From: a virus
Reading direction: 5' to 3' (one strand)
Virus record (IMG/VR): IMGVR_UViG_3300037237_000386
Location: 12,919-76,918 of that record
DNA length: 64,000 nt
The position numbers and the translations under genes were made by a program. The notes below the pieces were generated by a model that was not told the origin of the DNA, did no database searches, and saw only the letters and a list, made by a program, of their open reading frames with translations. The stretch's first letter is position 1, and every line of letters begins with the position of its first letter. Below are positions 18,864-28,838 of the stretch, one piece after another.

Positions 18864-19309
18864 CGGTCGCGTACGACCTCGACGGCGTGCTGGCGGAAGC
18901 GCCGCCCGAGGGCAGCAAGGCGTGGCGCAGGATGAAGGGACCGGAGCGCGCGGAGAGGCGCGCCTTCCTCGGGCGCTGGTACCTGACGGCGAAGGGCCTC
19001 CACAAGCCGACGGAGCACGGGTTCCACGTCGTCACGGCGCGCTCGACGTGGGCCAGGGAGACGACGCTCGACTGGCTGGCGGCGCGCTACGGCGACCGGA
19101 TGCTGGGCCTGCACATGCTCAAGGGAGGCAGGACCATCGAGCGCGTCGTCGCGTTCAAGGCGGGCGTGCTGCGGGAGCTCGGGGCGACGGACTACTCGGA
19201 GGACAACAGGACCGTCGTCGTGGCGCTGCGTAAGGCGGTACCCGAGTGCCGCATCTGGCACTACAAGGGCGGTCGCATGAACCTCGACTACCCGGAGGCA
19301 CCGCTTTGA
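18860..19309 (+). CDS. HAD-superfamily phosphatase
   Basis: YDLDGVL motif I, VTAR motif II, FKA motif III, YSEDN motif IV. Confidence 0.8.
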   Translation: MTVAYDLDGVLAEAPPEGSKAWRRMKGPERAERRAFLGRWYLTAKGLHKPTEHGFHVVTARSTWARETTLDWLAARYGDRMLGLHMLKGGRTIERVVAFKAGVLRELGATDYSEDNRTVVVALRKAVPECRIWHYKGGRMNLDYPEAPL

Positions 19310-19665
19310 CGCCGGTGCTGCGGTTCCTCAAGCGTCAGGTGGAGCACTACTTGGGATCGTTCTACGAGGGCCCGGAGCCTCCGCGCCGGTTGCGGAGGAT
19401 GGTGCTCCTCTTCGCGAACGCGCATCCCAAGGCGACGCGGAGGGAGTGGGCAGAGTTCGCCGCGGCGCACGCTGCCGAGGCGTACCAGAGCGGGTACACG
19501 CGGGGGTGGGAGCGGAGCGAGCGAGACGCGGACGCGATGCCGTGGCTCGTGCAGGAGCCGGAGATCGTCGCGGACGCGCTTGACCCTGGGTGGAGGGACG
19601 GGCCGAACGCGCTGCTGGTGAACGCGGAGGACGTGGTGGTGAGCGCTGCATCACGGGAGGCATGA
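19306..19665 (+). CDS. hypothetical protein
   Basis: TTGA and ATGA overlaps with its neighbours. Confidence 0.5.
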   Translation: MTPVLRFLKRQVEHYLGSFYEGPEPPRRLRRMVLLFANAHPKATRREWAEFAAAHAAEAYQSGYTRGWERSERDADAMPWLVQEPEIVADALDPGWRDGPNALLVNAEDVVVSAASREA

Positions 19666-20480
19666 GCGACCAGACGGCAGGAGCAACGGACGCGCCCATC
19701 TATCTCCTCGACCACGGCTACCTGCGGCTCGTGGAAACTTGGGGCAACGACGAGCGCATCGTCGAGGCGGCGCGCATGAGCACGGGCAAGGGCTTCCTCG
19801 GGTGGGGCGTCGAGGAGACGTGCGACAAGTGCCGGGGGAGCGGTACGAATGAGCCGGAGAACGGACCGGGCTCGCTCTGCAAGCAGTGCTCGGGGAGGAC
19901 GCGCTGGGTGAACAAGCCCGGCGACGAGAAGCTGCTGAAGTACCTCTACGACAACCGGCACATGACGCCGTTCGAGATGGCGGGTGCGACCTTCGAGGTG
20001 CAGGCGCCGATCTTCGTGTTCCGCGAGTGGCACCGGCATCGGACGCAGAGCTACAACGAGGCGAGCGCGCGCTACATGCCGCTGCCGGACGTGAACTACG
20101 TGCCGACGGTGGAGCGGTTGATGATCGGGGGCGGGCACCTGACGGCGCAGGCGGGCGCGGTGAAGGGAGCGGCCGAGTTCACGAGGGAGAGCGCGGAGAC
20201 GTTCCAAACGCTCCTTCGCACGCAGTACAACGAGGCGCAGGGGCTCTATCAACTGGCGCTCGACAACGGTGTACCCAAGGAGCTCGCGCGGCTCTGCCTG
20301 CCGGTGGGGCGGTACAGCCGGATGCGCGCGAGCGCGAACCTGCGCAACTGGATGCAGTTCCTGACGCTGCGGGACGACCCGCACGCACAGTACGAGATCC
20401 GGGTGTACGCCGCGGCGGTGCGCGACGTGTTGGCGACGAGCTTCCCGAGGACGATGCGCATCTTCAAGGGAGGCACGTGA
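19662..20480 (+). CDS. thyX: FAD-dependent thymidylate synthase
   Basis: HMTPFE, APIFVFREWHRHRTQSYNEASARY, ELARLCLP, NLRNWMQFLTLR, HAQYEIR. Confidence 0.95.
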   Translation: MSDQTAGATDAPIYLLDHGYLRLVETWGNDERIVEAARMSTGKGFLGWGVEETCDKCRGSGTNEPENGPGSLCKQCSGRTRWVNKPGDEKLLKYLYDNRHMTPFEMAGATFEVQAPIFVFREWHRHRTQSYNEASARYMPLPDVNYVPTVERLMIGGGHLTAQAGAVKGAAEFTRESAETFQTLLRTQYNEAQGLYQLALDNGVPKELARLCLPVGRYSRMRASANLRNWMQFLTLRDDPHAQYEIRVYAAAVRDVLATSFPRTMRIFKGGT

Positions 20481-22663
20481 TGCCGAATCCCGACCAGGTG
20501 CAGCTCAAGGTCAACGAGGCGCGCGGCGGCGTGAAGCGGCTGAAGGAAGCAGTCGCCACGCGGGCGCAGGTGCAGCGTGTGCAGGACGGGGACGACGAGC
20601 TCACGCTGCTCGGGCAGATTGCGTTGCACCTGGCGGAAGCCATCGAGGCGCTCGCCGGGGAGCTGCAGGGACACCGGGACAGGCACGCGGCTGGAAGGGG
20701 ACGATGATGAACGACCGAGCGGCGTGGAGCGTGAGCGAGCTGGCGGAGAGAGGTGGCTACGTCATCCACGAGGAGACGGGGACCGTCGGCCGGGCGAAGC
20801 GGATGTGGTCGGGGGACGACGGCGACGCGTGGGTGAGCCCCGTCAACGGGCAGTCCGTGAAGGCGCCGGTGCTCGAGCTGCAGACGGGCGACGCCTTCGT
20901 GCTGAAGGACGCGGACACCTTCACACCGCTGACGGCGAAGGAGGTGGAGGTGTTCGAGGGGTTGCAGCAGATGGTGACGCACGCCACGACTATCGCGGGG
21001 AGCCTCGCCGCGGCCTCTGGCGTGCCCCTGGAGCAGTTTGCGCGCCTGGGGGCGGCAGTGCTCCGGGCGCAGCAGCTGGCGCTGGAGAGGGCCGTCCTCG
21101 GGGTGGTAATGGCCCAACTGGACGTGCCACTGTCCCCCGAGGCCGAGGCGGCGCTGCAGGCGGGCATGGAGAGCGCGAGGCGGGGCGAGGTGGCACCGCT
21201 CGTGCTGCCGGAGGCGAAATGAGCCAGGACCAGGGACCGAGCCTCACGCGTAGCGCGGCGCACAACGCGGCGGCTGCGCTGGTGACGATGTACGCGGGAG
21301 CAATCGCGGACGCGGAGCGGGAGATCGCGCAACTGCGGGCGATGGTGGAGCGGACCTCGACGCTGCTCGGGCAGACGGTGAAGCAGCGGGACGAGGCGCA
21401 GGAACGGGCCTCCGACGCAGCCGCGACGACGCAGCGTTGGAAGGACGACTACGCACGCGAGGCGCAGGCGTACGCCGCCGTCTACTCGGTCGTCGAGGAG
21501 GTGAGGGAGGCGATGCCGCGGCTGCGTGAAGCGGGGTTCACGAGGCTCGTCGAGATGTGGGACGCGGCGAGCAAGCCGTATCCGAAGCCTGGGGAAACCC
21601 GGGTTTCCCCCGAACCCGAGCACGTGGCAGGCTGACGTCCATGGCGACGATGAGACACGGACGGGCAACGGGGCTGGCGGCGCTGCTGTCGGTGGTGAGC
21701 ACGCAGCCGGTCGTGCGCAACGACAACGAGCCCGGGCCCTCGAAGCCGGACCCCGACGGTGGACCCACGATCCTGAAGCAGGTGGACGTGACGCGGGGCA
21801 CGGCGGAGTTCATGAACCGCTATCGGAAGCACCTGCACCGGTACGGGTGCGTCGAGTTCGAGGTGCCGCGAGGCATCACGTTGCCGCCTTGGATGCACGT
21901 CGTCCTCGACACGCTGCGCATGCGCGAGCGGAACTGGCGCGTGGTCACACTCGTTGGCAAGAAGGGCGCGACGCTCCACCGGGTCGTGTGGAAGCACTGG
22001 TGCAAGCAGCTGCGCACCCGGGGCTTGCCCTTACGGGTCGTGCACGGTGCCTGAGGAGCCCAAGCTCGGGCAGCGGCACGAGTGGAGCCCCCCTTGGGCG
22101 CTCCACGTCGAGGGCTGGTACCACGACAGGCTGCCGCCCGAGGAGCCGGGACTGCCGCCCGAGGCAGCGCCGTGGGGGGCGACCTGTACGACGTGCGGCG
22201 AGACGATTCAGCGCACGTGCGCGAGCGGCATGATGCGGGGGTGGATTCAGTCGTTTGCGCGGGCGCACCTGCACCGTAGCCCGCTCGACGAGGCACCGAG
22301 GAAGGACCCGAACACGTGATGCGACTGATGGAGTTGGGATTCTTGGGGATGTGCGCGACGATGGCGCTGACGCTCGTCTTCGAGGGGGGCGTCGCGAGTG
22401 GCAAGCACGCGCAGCAGGACCCGGTGGACGACGCGCTGCTTGGGGACCTGAAGGCGTGCACGGCGAGCCTGAACGAGACGGTGGCGACGCTGCGGCGGCG
22501 CAACGACGAGGACCCGCAGATCACGTACTCGCTGCAGCACATGGCCGGCGAGATCGACCGATGCAACTCGAGGTTGCAGTGCTGCACGGCGTTCAACGTC
22601 ACGTGTGTGGAGCGGGGGTTCACGTACCAGTCGCTGCAGCAGCTGCAGGCGGGGCAACCGTGA
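20480..22663 (+). CDS. run of small coupled hypothetical genes (20480-20707, 20704-21222, 21219-21635, 21641-22054, 22047-22319, 22316-22663)
   Basis: Consecutive ORFs with overlapping or adjacent stop/start codons and typical codon usage; no recognisable motifs. Confidence 0.5.
21593..21608. repeat. 16-bp palindrome copy 4 (extends to 20 bp)
   Basis: Read directly; ETRVS near the C-terminus of 21219..21635. Confidence 0.97.
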
Positions 22664-23043
22664 AGACGAAGCGCACGACGGAGCACGCGACGGGCGACGC
22701 GGTGAATCACCCGGACCACTACAACGCGCACCCGAGTGGGGTGGAGTGCATCCGGGTCGTCGAACATATGAGCTTCAACGTCGGCAACGCGGTGAAGTAC
22801 GCGTGGCGCGCGGACCACAAGGGCACGAGCCCGGTGGAGGACCTGAAGAAGGCGGCTTGGTACATCGCGCGCGAGATCGAGCGGCTGACGAGTCCGAGCA
22901 CGATCCCGGGAGGACCGCACGCACTGGCGACGCAGGTGGTGGAGTCGTTCGTGCGGCGCTACGGGAGGCTCCCGCCGCAGGTTCGCGTGGGGGAAACCCG
23001 GGTTTCCCCCGTCCGCCGGCGGAAGGCCAAGAAACATAGTTGA
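22660..23043 (+). CDS. DUF3310-like protein
   Basis: DAVNHPDHY...ECI...FNVGNAVKYAWRADHKG...EDLKKAAWY. Confidence 0.85.
   Translation: MKTKRTTEHATGDAVNHPDHYNAHPSGVECIRVVEHMSFNVGNAVKYAWRADHKGTSPVEDLKKAAWYIAREIERLTSPSTIPGGPHALATQVVESFVRRYGRLPPQVRVGETRVSPVRRRKAKKHS
22992..23007. repeat. 16-bp palindrome copy 5 (extends to 22 bp)
   Basis: Read directly. Confidence 0.97.
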
Positions 23044-23068
23044 CAAGTATCGCGGTTGGATTCATACT
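23040..23068 (+). promoter_or_regulatory. sigma70-type promoter TTGACA-N17-CATACT; leaderless ATG at 23076
   Basis: Consensus -35, 17-nt spacer, near-consensus -10. Confidence 0.75.
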
Positions 23069-23075
23069 GCTCGGT

Positions 23076-23300
23076 ATGGACGAGACGACGCGCAAGGCTC
23101 GGGCGAAGGCGGCGGGGTACAAGTTCTGGCTCGCGTTCACCCGGGAGTTCCTCTTCGGGCAGACGCTCGCGGGCACGCGGCACGAGGACGGGCTGCCGTT
23201 CTGCCGCCTGGGCGACGGCAAGGCCTGGGTCAACGCGATCAACGCGCGCCCCGCCCGCGTCGGGTACAAGGTCATCAGCTACCGCGTGGTGGCGCTTTGA
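23076..23300 (+). CDS. hypothetical protein
   Basis: ATG lies 7 nt after the -10 element. Confidence 0.55.
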   Translation: MDETTRKARAKAAGYKFWLAFTREFLFGQTLAGTRHEDGLPFCRLGDGKAWVNAINARPARVGYKVISYRVVAL

Positions 23301-23878
23301 ACCCCCTCGACAGAGCGACCGCGCTCGCGCCCAACGCGAAGGAGCTGGCGGTCCTCCGCATCTTCGTCTCGACCGACGAGACACGTCCCAACCTGGCCAC
23401 GCTGTACGCCTACGAGAGCGACGGCGGCACCACCTACGTCGCGACCGACGGGCACACCATCGTCGTGCGCCGGGCAGGCACGCACCGCACGATGGCACTG
23501 CACGACGTGTTCAAGCTCGCCACGCTGGCGGTCGGCGACGATGGCACGGCGAAGCCCACGGACAGGTTTCCGCCCAAGTGGGAGCAGGTGCTGCGCGCGG
23601 GCGCGACGGGCGGAGCGCTCGCGAAGGCGTACAGCATCTCGCCGCTCTACATGATGCGGTTGGCGGACGTGGAGAAGGCAGCAGGGCAACGCGCCGCGGA
23701 TGACTACGTTCCGCCCGCCGGGCTGTCGAAGAAGGACGCGGCGGCGATGCGAGCGAACCTGAAGGGCAGCGCGCTGACGTTGCTGACCATCCCGAGCGAC
23801 CCGCTCGACGGATGGTTCTGGAAGGCGGAGACCACGGCGGCGCTTTGGGAAGGTGTCGTCATGCCGAGGAGGATCTGA
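23297..23878 (+). CDS. truncated DNA polymerase III beta-clamp-like protein (central domain)
   Basis: FVSTDETRPNL...YVATDGHTIV...FPPKWEQVL resembles DnaN D.TRP.L / VATDGHRL / FPDY..V. Confidence 0.6.
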   Translation: MNPLDRATALAPNAKELAVLRIFVSTDETRPNLATLYAYESDGGTTYVATDGHTIVVRRAGTHRTMALHDVFKLATLAVGDDGTAKPTDRFPPKWEQVLRAGATGGALAKAYSISPLYMMRLADVEKAAGQRAADDYVPPAGLSKKDAAAMRANLKGSALTLLTIPSDPLDGWFWKAETTAALWEGVVMPRRI

Positions 23879-26644
23879 TGAACCGCATCAAGATCGCGCA
23901 GGCGGTGAACGACGCAGGAGCTTCGGTTGGCCGGGGCTTCCCGAAGTTGGTGGAGGGTTCCTCGCGCGAGACGCTCATCGCGTGGCTCGCGCACAACGAC
24001 CCGTCCGGCATCTACACGGACGAGGACCTGCGGGCGGAGGGCGAGGAGCCCATGACGCTCGACGAGGCGTGGAAGCAGGTGGCCGAGGGTTGCGACTACA
24101 GCGAGGCGCCTCCCGAGCCGAAGAGGGCGCTGGCCTGGGCGCGGTTCACGAAGGGCGATTGGGCGGGGTTCTCGGGCGCGGAGAAGTTCCCGAACGGCGA
24201 CGAGCCGCTCAGCGCGGAGCTGAGCGTGGACGGACGCCCGGCTGTTGCCGTGTGCGACCTGACGGGGCTCGGGCTCTACGTCGAGGGTGAGGACAGCCGC
24301 GAGGGCCAGGACGGCGACGCGTACTGGTCGTTCTTCGCGGAGTACCGCACGGGCGAGCAGAAGCTGCAGTACGCGCTGAACGCGATGTTCGCGCTCGCGT
24401 CGGTGATGACGAGCGACGAGCTGCGCAAGCTCGGGTTCACGAAGGACGGAGAGAGGTGAGCGCCATGACGACGGGCATCTCGGAAGCACGGTTGCGGGAG
24501 CTACTCATCAGGAGGCCGAAGGCCATGGACGACGACGGGAAGATCACGCTGGAGCCGGAGGAACGCGCGCTCCTCGCGGACGTGCACAACGCAGGCGCGC
24601 GCGAGTTCGAGGTGGTGAAGGAGAAGGGCAAGAGCACCGCACGCTTCGACGCTGCGCACACTCTGGAGAAGCGGGGCCTCATCACGTGGGTTCGCTGCGC
24701 CGGGTCCGCGGGCCGGGACGTGGCGATGCTGCGGGTCAGCTACCGGCTCACGCCGCAGGGCGCGGAAGTCGCCCGGACGGTCGGTGCGTCGTGAGCTGCC
24801 CGGGCTGCGGGAAGGACTTCCGCAAGGGGACGACGGTGACGCTGCAGGACCCCGCGGTGGGCCCAGGAGGGCGCAGGGCACGCGTTTGCGGCGAGTGCCT
24901 CGCCCGGGCCCTCGTCGTCGTGGCGCCGCGCCTGGCGCCCGTCCTGAAGCAGGTGACGGGCAAGGAGGACAACGAGGTAGTCATCCGACAGCTGCGGGTG
25001 CTCGCGAAGGCGGCGGAAGGCGGCGGAGAAGGACGCGAGGCCGGACGTGCACAACGCGCTCTACCATCAGGGCAGGGCGGAGGGCTTCGAGGGAGCCATC
25101 GAGCTGCTGAAGGGGCGCAAGTGATTCACGAGCAGGTGGAGTACTCCGTGGAGGACCCCCACGGGCAGGAGCGCATCTTCAAGGACCCGAAGGAGGCGCA
25201 GTTGTTCGTGCCGAAGGGCACCACCGGGACCGTCAGCGACAGCTGCAAGGACGGGGTGCTCGTGAAGGTCGATGGCAGGGTGCCGGGCCTGACCGACTCA
25301 GACGAGTGGGAGGGCGAGTTTCAGTGGCTCGATGCCCACGTCGAGGCTGGCGAGCCCGAGTGCCGCGAGGACCGCCAGCCAGCGATTCTCGCCCGCGCTC
25401 TGGCCGCGAGGGCGACGTGACCGAGGCGCACTGGACGAAGATGGCGATCAAGGTGCTCTGCAACCAGCTCGACTCGTGGTGGATCACGAACCGGCCGCTC
25501 GACTTCCGGAAGCTCGCCGAGCTGACCGAGAAGGCGCACGAGATGCTCGCGAATCCGAGCCACCGCAAGGAGATCGTGCTCGCAGGCATCCGCTCGTCAC
25601 GCGCCAGACACGCGAAGCGCTACAGCGAGTGCTGCGAGACCATCGGCAACCAGCTGGTCCGGTTCACCGAGTACGGGCAGCCCGACGAGCTCATCGAGCG
25701 CTTCACGAGGCTGGCGCGCGAAGAGGACAAGGCGGACAAGACGCTCGAGAAGCTGCTTCACCGCGTGCTCGACGAGGGTCTGCCGCCAGAAGTCGAGGCG
25801 TACGACCCGACCACACCGAAGGGATGACGAGGATGCCGACGCTGGTGCTTGGACGAGACGGGATGGGACCGAACAGCGAGGAGGCCGACTTCAAGGCCTT
25901 CGTCAGCTACGCGCTCGACCAGGCGATGAGCCGCGGCGAGGCGACGCTGGACGTTCTCATCTGGGACGAGGCCGGGGCGCTCACGTACGGGGGAGACGAC
26001 GCGGTGGAGCGCTACAGCGAGGACCCGGAGGCGAGCGTGTTCGAGCGGTTCGAGATCAAGGTCAACTGCGCAGGGAGGGTGCCGTGAAGGTCAGCCTGCA
26101 CCTGACGGACGGGGGAGCGCACGTGGCGAAGGTGCCATTCAACGGGGCGGCGCACGTAGTCGTGCTCATCGCTTGCCCGGCTTGCAGCGCGGCGGCGCCC
26201 ATCCTCGTCGCGATCTCGAGCCACGACCACGACACCTATTACGCGGACGCGCGTGCTCAACGGTCGCGCCCGGGTCTACTGATGAAGACGTACGGGACCG
26301 TGAACGTGATGCGGCTGACGCAGAGGGCGCGGAGCAGGAAGCCTGACGTGTACGAGATGGTGCCGGCGCTCGCGCTCACCCCGACGGACAAGCCGTTGGT
26401 GGTGACGGAGCTGGAGCCCTTCACGGGCGAGGACCCGACGCCCGAGTACACGGTGACGCACGTGCCCACGGGGCAGGCCATCGGGCACTACAAGAACGCG
26501 AAGAAGGCGAAGGCAGCGCTCGAGGACTTGGTGCCGTTGACCGACTGGACGCGGTCGAAGGCGGAGATCAGCGCGGACGTCGCGCTCGGGGCGATGGTGC
26601 GGGCGGTGAAGAAGAAGCACGGAGACACGAAGGACGAGCGATGA
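23878..26644 (+). CDS. run of small hypothetical early-type genes (23878-24459, 24456-24794, 24791-25420, 25417-25827, 25824-26087, 26084-26644)
   Basis: Coupled ORFs; several look chimeric. Confidence 0.45.
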
Positions 26645-26706
26645 AGGCAGTCATCAGCAAGAGCATGGGCCGGCGCATCACGATGGCGGCGGTGTGCAAG
26701 GAGTGA

Positions 26707-26895
26707 GTGATGAAGTTTTACGTGTACGAGCTGCGTGATGACGCCGGGAAGCCGTTCTACGTCGGTAAGGGTTCCGGCAAGAGAATCGCCGCTCATCAGC
26801 GCCGAGCCCGAAAGGGTGACACGACACACCGGGCGAACAAGATTCGGAGCATTTGGCGCAAGATATCTGAGACGAAGCGGGGGGTGCGGTCGTGA
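26707..26895 (+). pseudogene. GIY-YIG endonuclease N-terminal fragment
   Basis: FYVYELRD...PFYVGKGSGKRIAAH; only 62 aa; more AT-rich than its flanks. Confidence 0.65.
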
Positions 26896-28838
26896 TCGTC
26901 ACTGCTGCATATTCTCCCGAGGACGACAAGATCCGCATGCGCGCGAGCGCCCGTCTCGACAAGGAGCTCTACGAGCGCGTGAAGGCGGCAGGCTTCCGCT
27001 GGGCACCGAAGCAGGACCTGTTCTTCACGGTGTGGGGGCCGGCGGCGGAGGATCTGGCCCTCGAGCTCGCGGGCGAGATCACGGACGAGGACACGAGCCT
27101 CGTCGAACGGGCCGAGGAGCGCGCGGAGCGGTTCGAGGAGTACCAGGGCAAGAGGACGCACGAAGCGGAGCGCGCGCACGCCGCGGTCGCTGCCATCGCG
27201 GACAACATCCCCCTCGGGCAACCCATCCTCCGCGGACATCACTCGGAGCGGCACGCACGCCGGGACAAGGAGCGCATCGAGACGGGGATGCGCAAGGCCA
27301 TCAAGCTCTGGGACACGGCGAGCTACTGGCAGGACCGCGCGAAGGGCGCGCTCCGGCACGCGAAGTACAAGGAGCTGCCCGCGGTCCGGTACCGGCGCAT
27401 CAAGACGTTGGAGGCCACCCGCCGCAAGTGCATGCGCAGCCGCGACGAGGCGATGACGCTCATCAAGTTGTGGGCGCCCGGGCTCGTCGACGACGGGATG
27501 ACGCGCGAGCAGGCGCTCCGAATCGCCGGTGCAGGTCGGGGCTACGGCGTGTGGTCGGACCTCGACAAGGCGACCATCACGGTGCGCGAGGCGGCCGAGC
27601 GGCTGACGGCGAGCGGGACGCGCGCGTGCGAGCACTCGGAGCGGTGGATCGCGCACCTCGACAACCGGCTGGCCTACGAGAAGGCGATGCTGGGCGAGCA
27701 GGGGGATATCGTCGCGAGCAAGTTCGACATCGAGGTGGGCGGCCAGGTGCTGGGGCGATGGGGCTGGGCGGTCGTCCTGCGCGTGAACAAGAAGGACGGC
27801 AAGGTGCTGAGCTTCACGACGGCGGCGCGCTTCGCGGGCGTCATCGGCGTGGAGGAGGTGAAGGACTACAAGGCCCCGGAGCCCGGCGACGCGGAGAAGG
27901 TCAAGGCAGCCACGAAGCTCGGGCCGCTGGTGAACTACCCGGGCGAGGGGTTCCGGCACATCACGGCGGCCGAGTGGGCGCGGTTCTCGAAGTGGACCGA
28001 CCAGGGGCGCGCGCATCGCGTGAAGGCGACGGAGAAGCACGGGGCGCACCGCCTGCGCATGGTCCCGAAGGAGGGCAGGCCCTACTACGACCAGGTGGGC
28101 GCCTACATCACGGACCAGAAGCGGGTGGACCCCCCTCCGCCCGAGGGAGGCGAGAAGGCATCGCTGCCGGCCCTGACAGCCCCGCCAGAGCGTCCGTTCG
28201 CCGGGACCAGGGAAAGGGCCCCGGACCCCGCCAAGGCGCTCAGGGAGGCGCTGAAGGCCGGCGTGCAGGTGGTCGTGGCGGACCAGCTGTTCCCGACCCC
28301 GGAGCCACTGGCCCGGAGGATGGCGGAGGAGCTGGACGCGAGGAGTGGCGAGCGGGTGCTGGAGCCGAGCGCCGGCACGGGGAACCTCATCAGGGCGGTG
28401 TTCGCGCACTGGCAGGAGGCGCGCAAGGACGCGACCGAGCTCACGAAGCCCAGGGTGGACGCCGTCGAGGTGAACGCGCGACTGGCGGACCAGTTGCGGC
28501 GGAGCTGGGGGAATAACGAAGTGTTCGTGAGCGAGGGCGACTTCCTCGAGATGGCGTTCCGCGAGGACTACGACTGCGTGATCATGAACCCACCGTTCAA
28601 GAACGGGCAGGACATCGAGCACGTGAAGTGGGCGCTGAAGTTCCTGCGCCCTGGTGGAGTGCTCGTCGCGCTCGTGGCCAACGGTCCGAAGCAGAACGCG
28701 AAGCTGCGTCCGCTCGCGGAGGCGAACGGGAGTTGGGAGGAGCTGCCGGAGGGGAGCTTCGCGGAGCAGGGGACGAACGTGCGGGTGGCGATGCTGGTCA
28801 TCCGACTGGAAGCAGCGCGCGCCATGACGGGGGCATGA
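26892..28838 (+). CDS. DUF3560 domain fused to an amino (N6-adenine-type) DNA methyltransferase
   Basis: IPLGQPILRGHHSERHARRD (DUF3560); LFPTP, VLEPSAGTG (motif I), MNPPF (motif IV). Confidence 0.88.
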   Translation: MIVTAAYSPEDDKIRMRASARLDKELYERVKAAGFRWAPKQDLFFTVWGPAAEDLALELAGEITDEDTSLVERAEERAERFEEYQGKRTHEAERAHAAVAAIADNIPLGQPILRGHHSERHARRDKERIETGMRKAIKLWDTASYWQDRAKGALRHAKYKELPAVRYRRIKTLEATRRKCMRSRDEAMTLIKLWAPGLVDDGMTREQALRIAGAGRGYGVWSDLDKATITVREAAERLTASGTRACEHSERWIAHLDNRLAYEKAMLGEQGDIVASKFDIEVGGQVLGRWGWAVVLRVNKKDGKVLSFTTAARFAGVIGVEEVKDYKAPEPGDAEKVKAATKLGPLVNYPGEGFRHITAAEWARFSKWTDQGRAHRVKATEKHGAHRLRMVPKEGRPYYDQVGAYITDQKRVDPPPPEGGEKASLPALTAPPERPFAGTRERAPDPAKALREALKAGVQVVVADQLFPTPEPLARRMAEELDARSGERVLEPSAGTGNLIRAVFAHWQEARKDATELTKPRVDAVEVNARLADQLRRSWGNNEVFVSEGDFLEMAFREDYDCVIMNPPFKNGQDIEHVKWALKFLRPGGVLVALVANGPKQNAKLRPLAEANGSWEELPEGSFAEQGTNVRVAMLVIRLEAARAMTGA

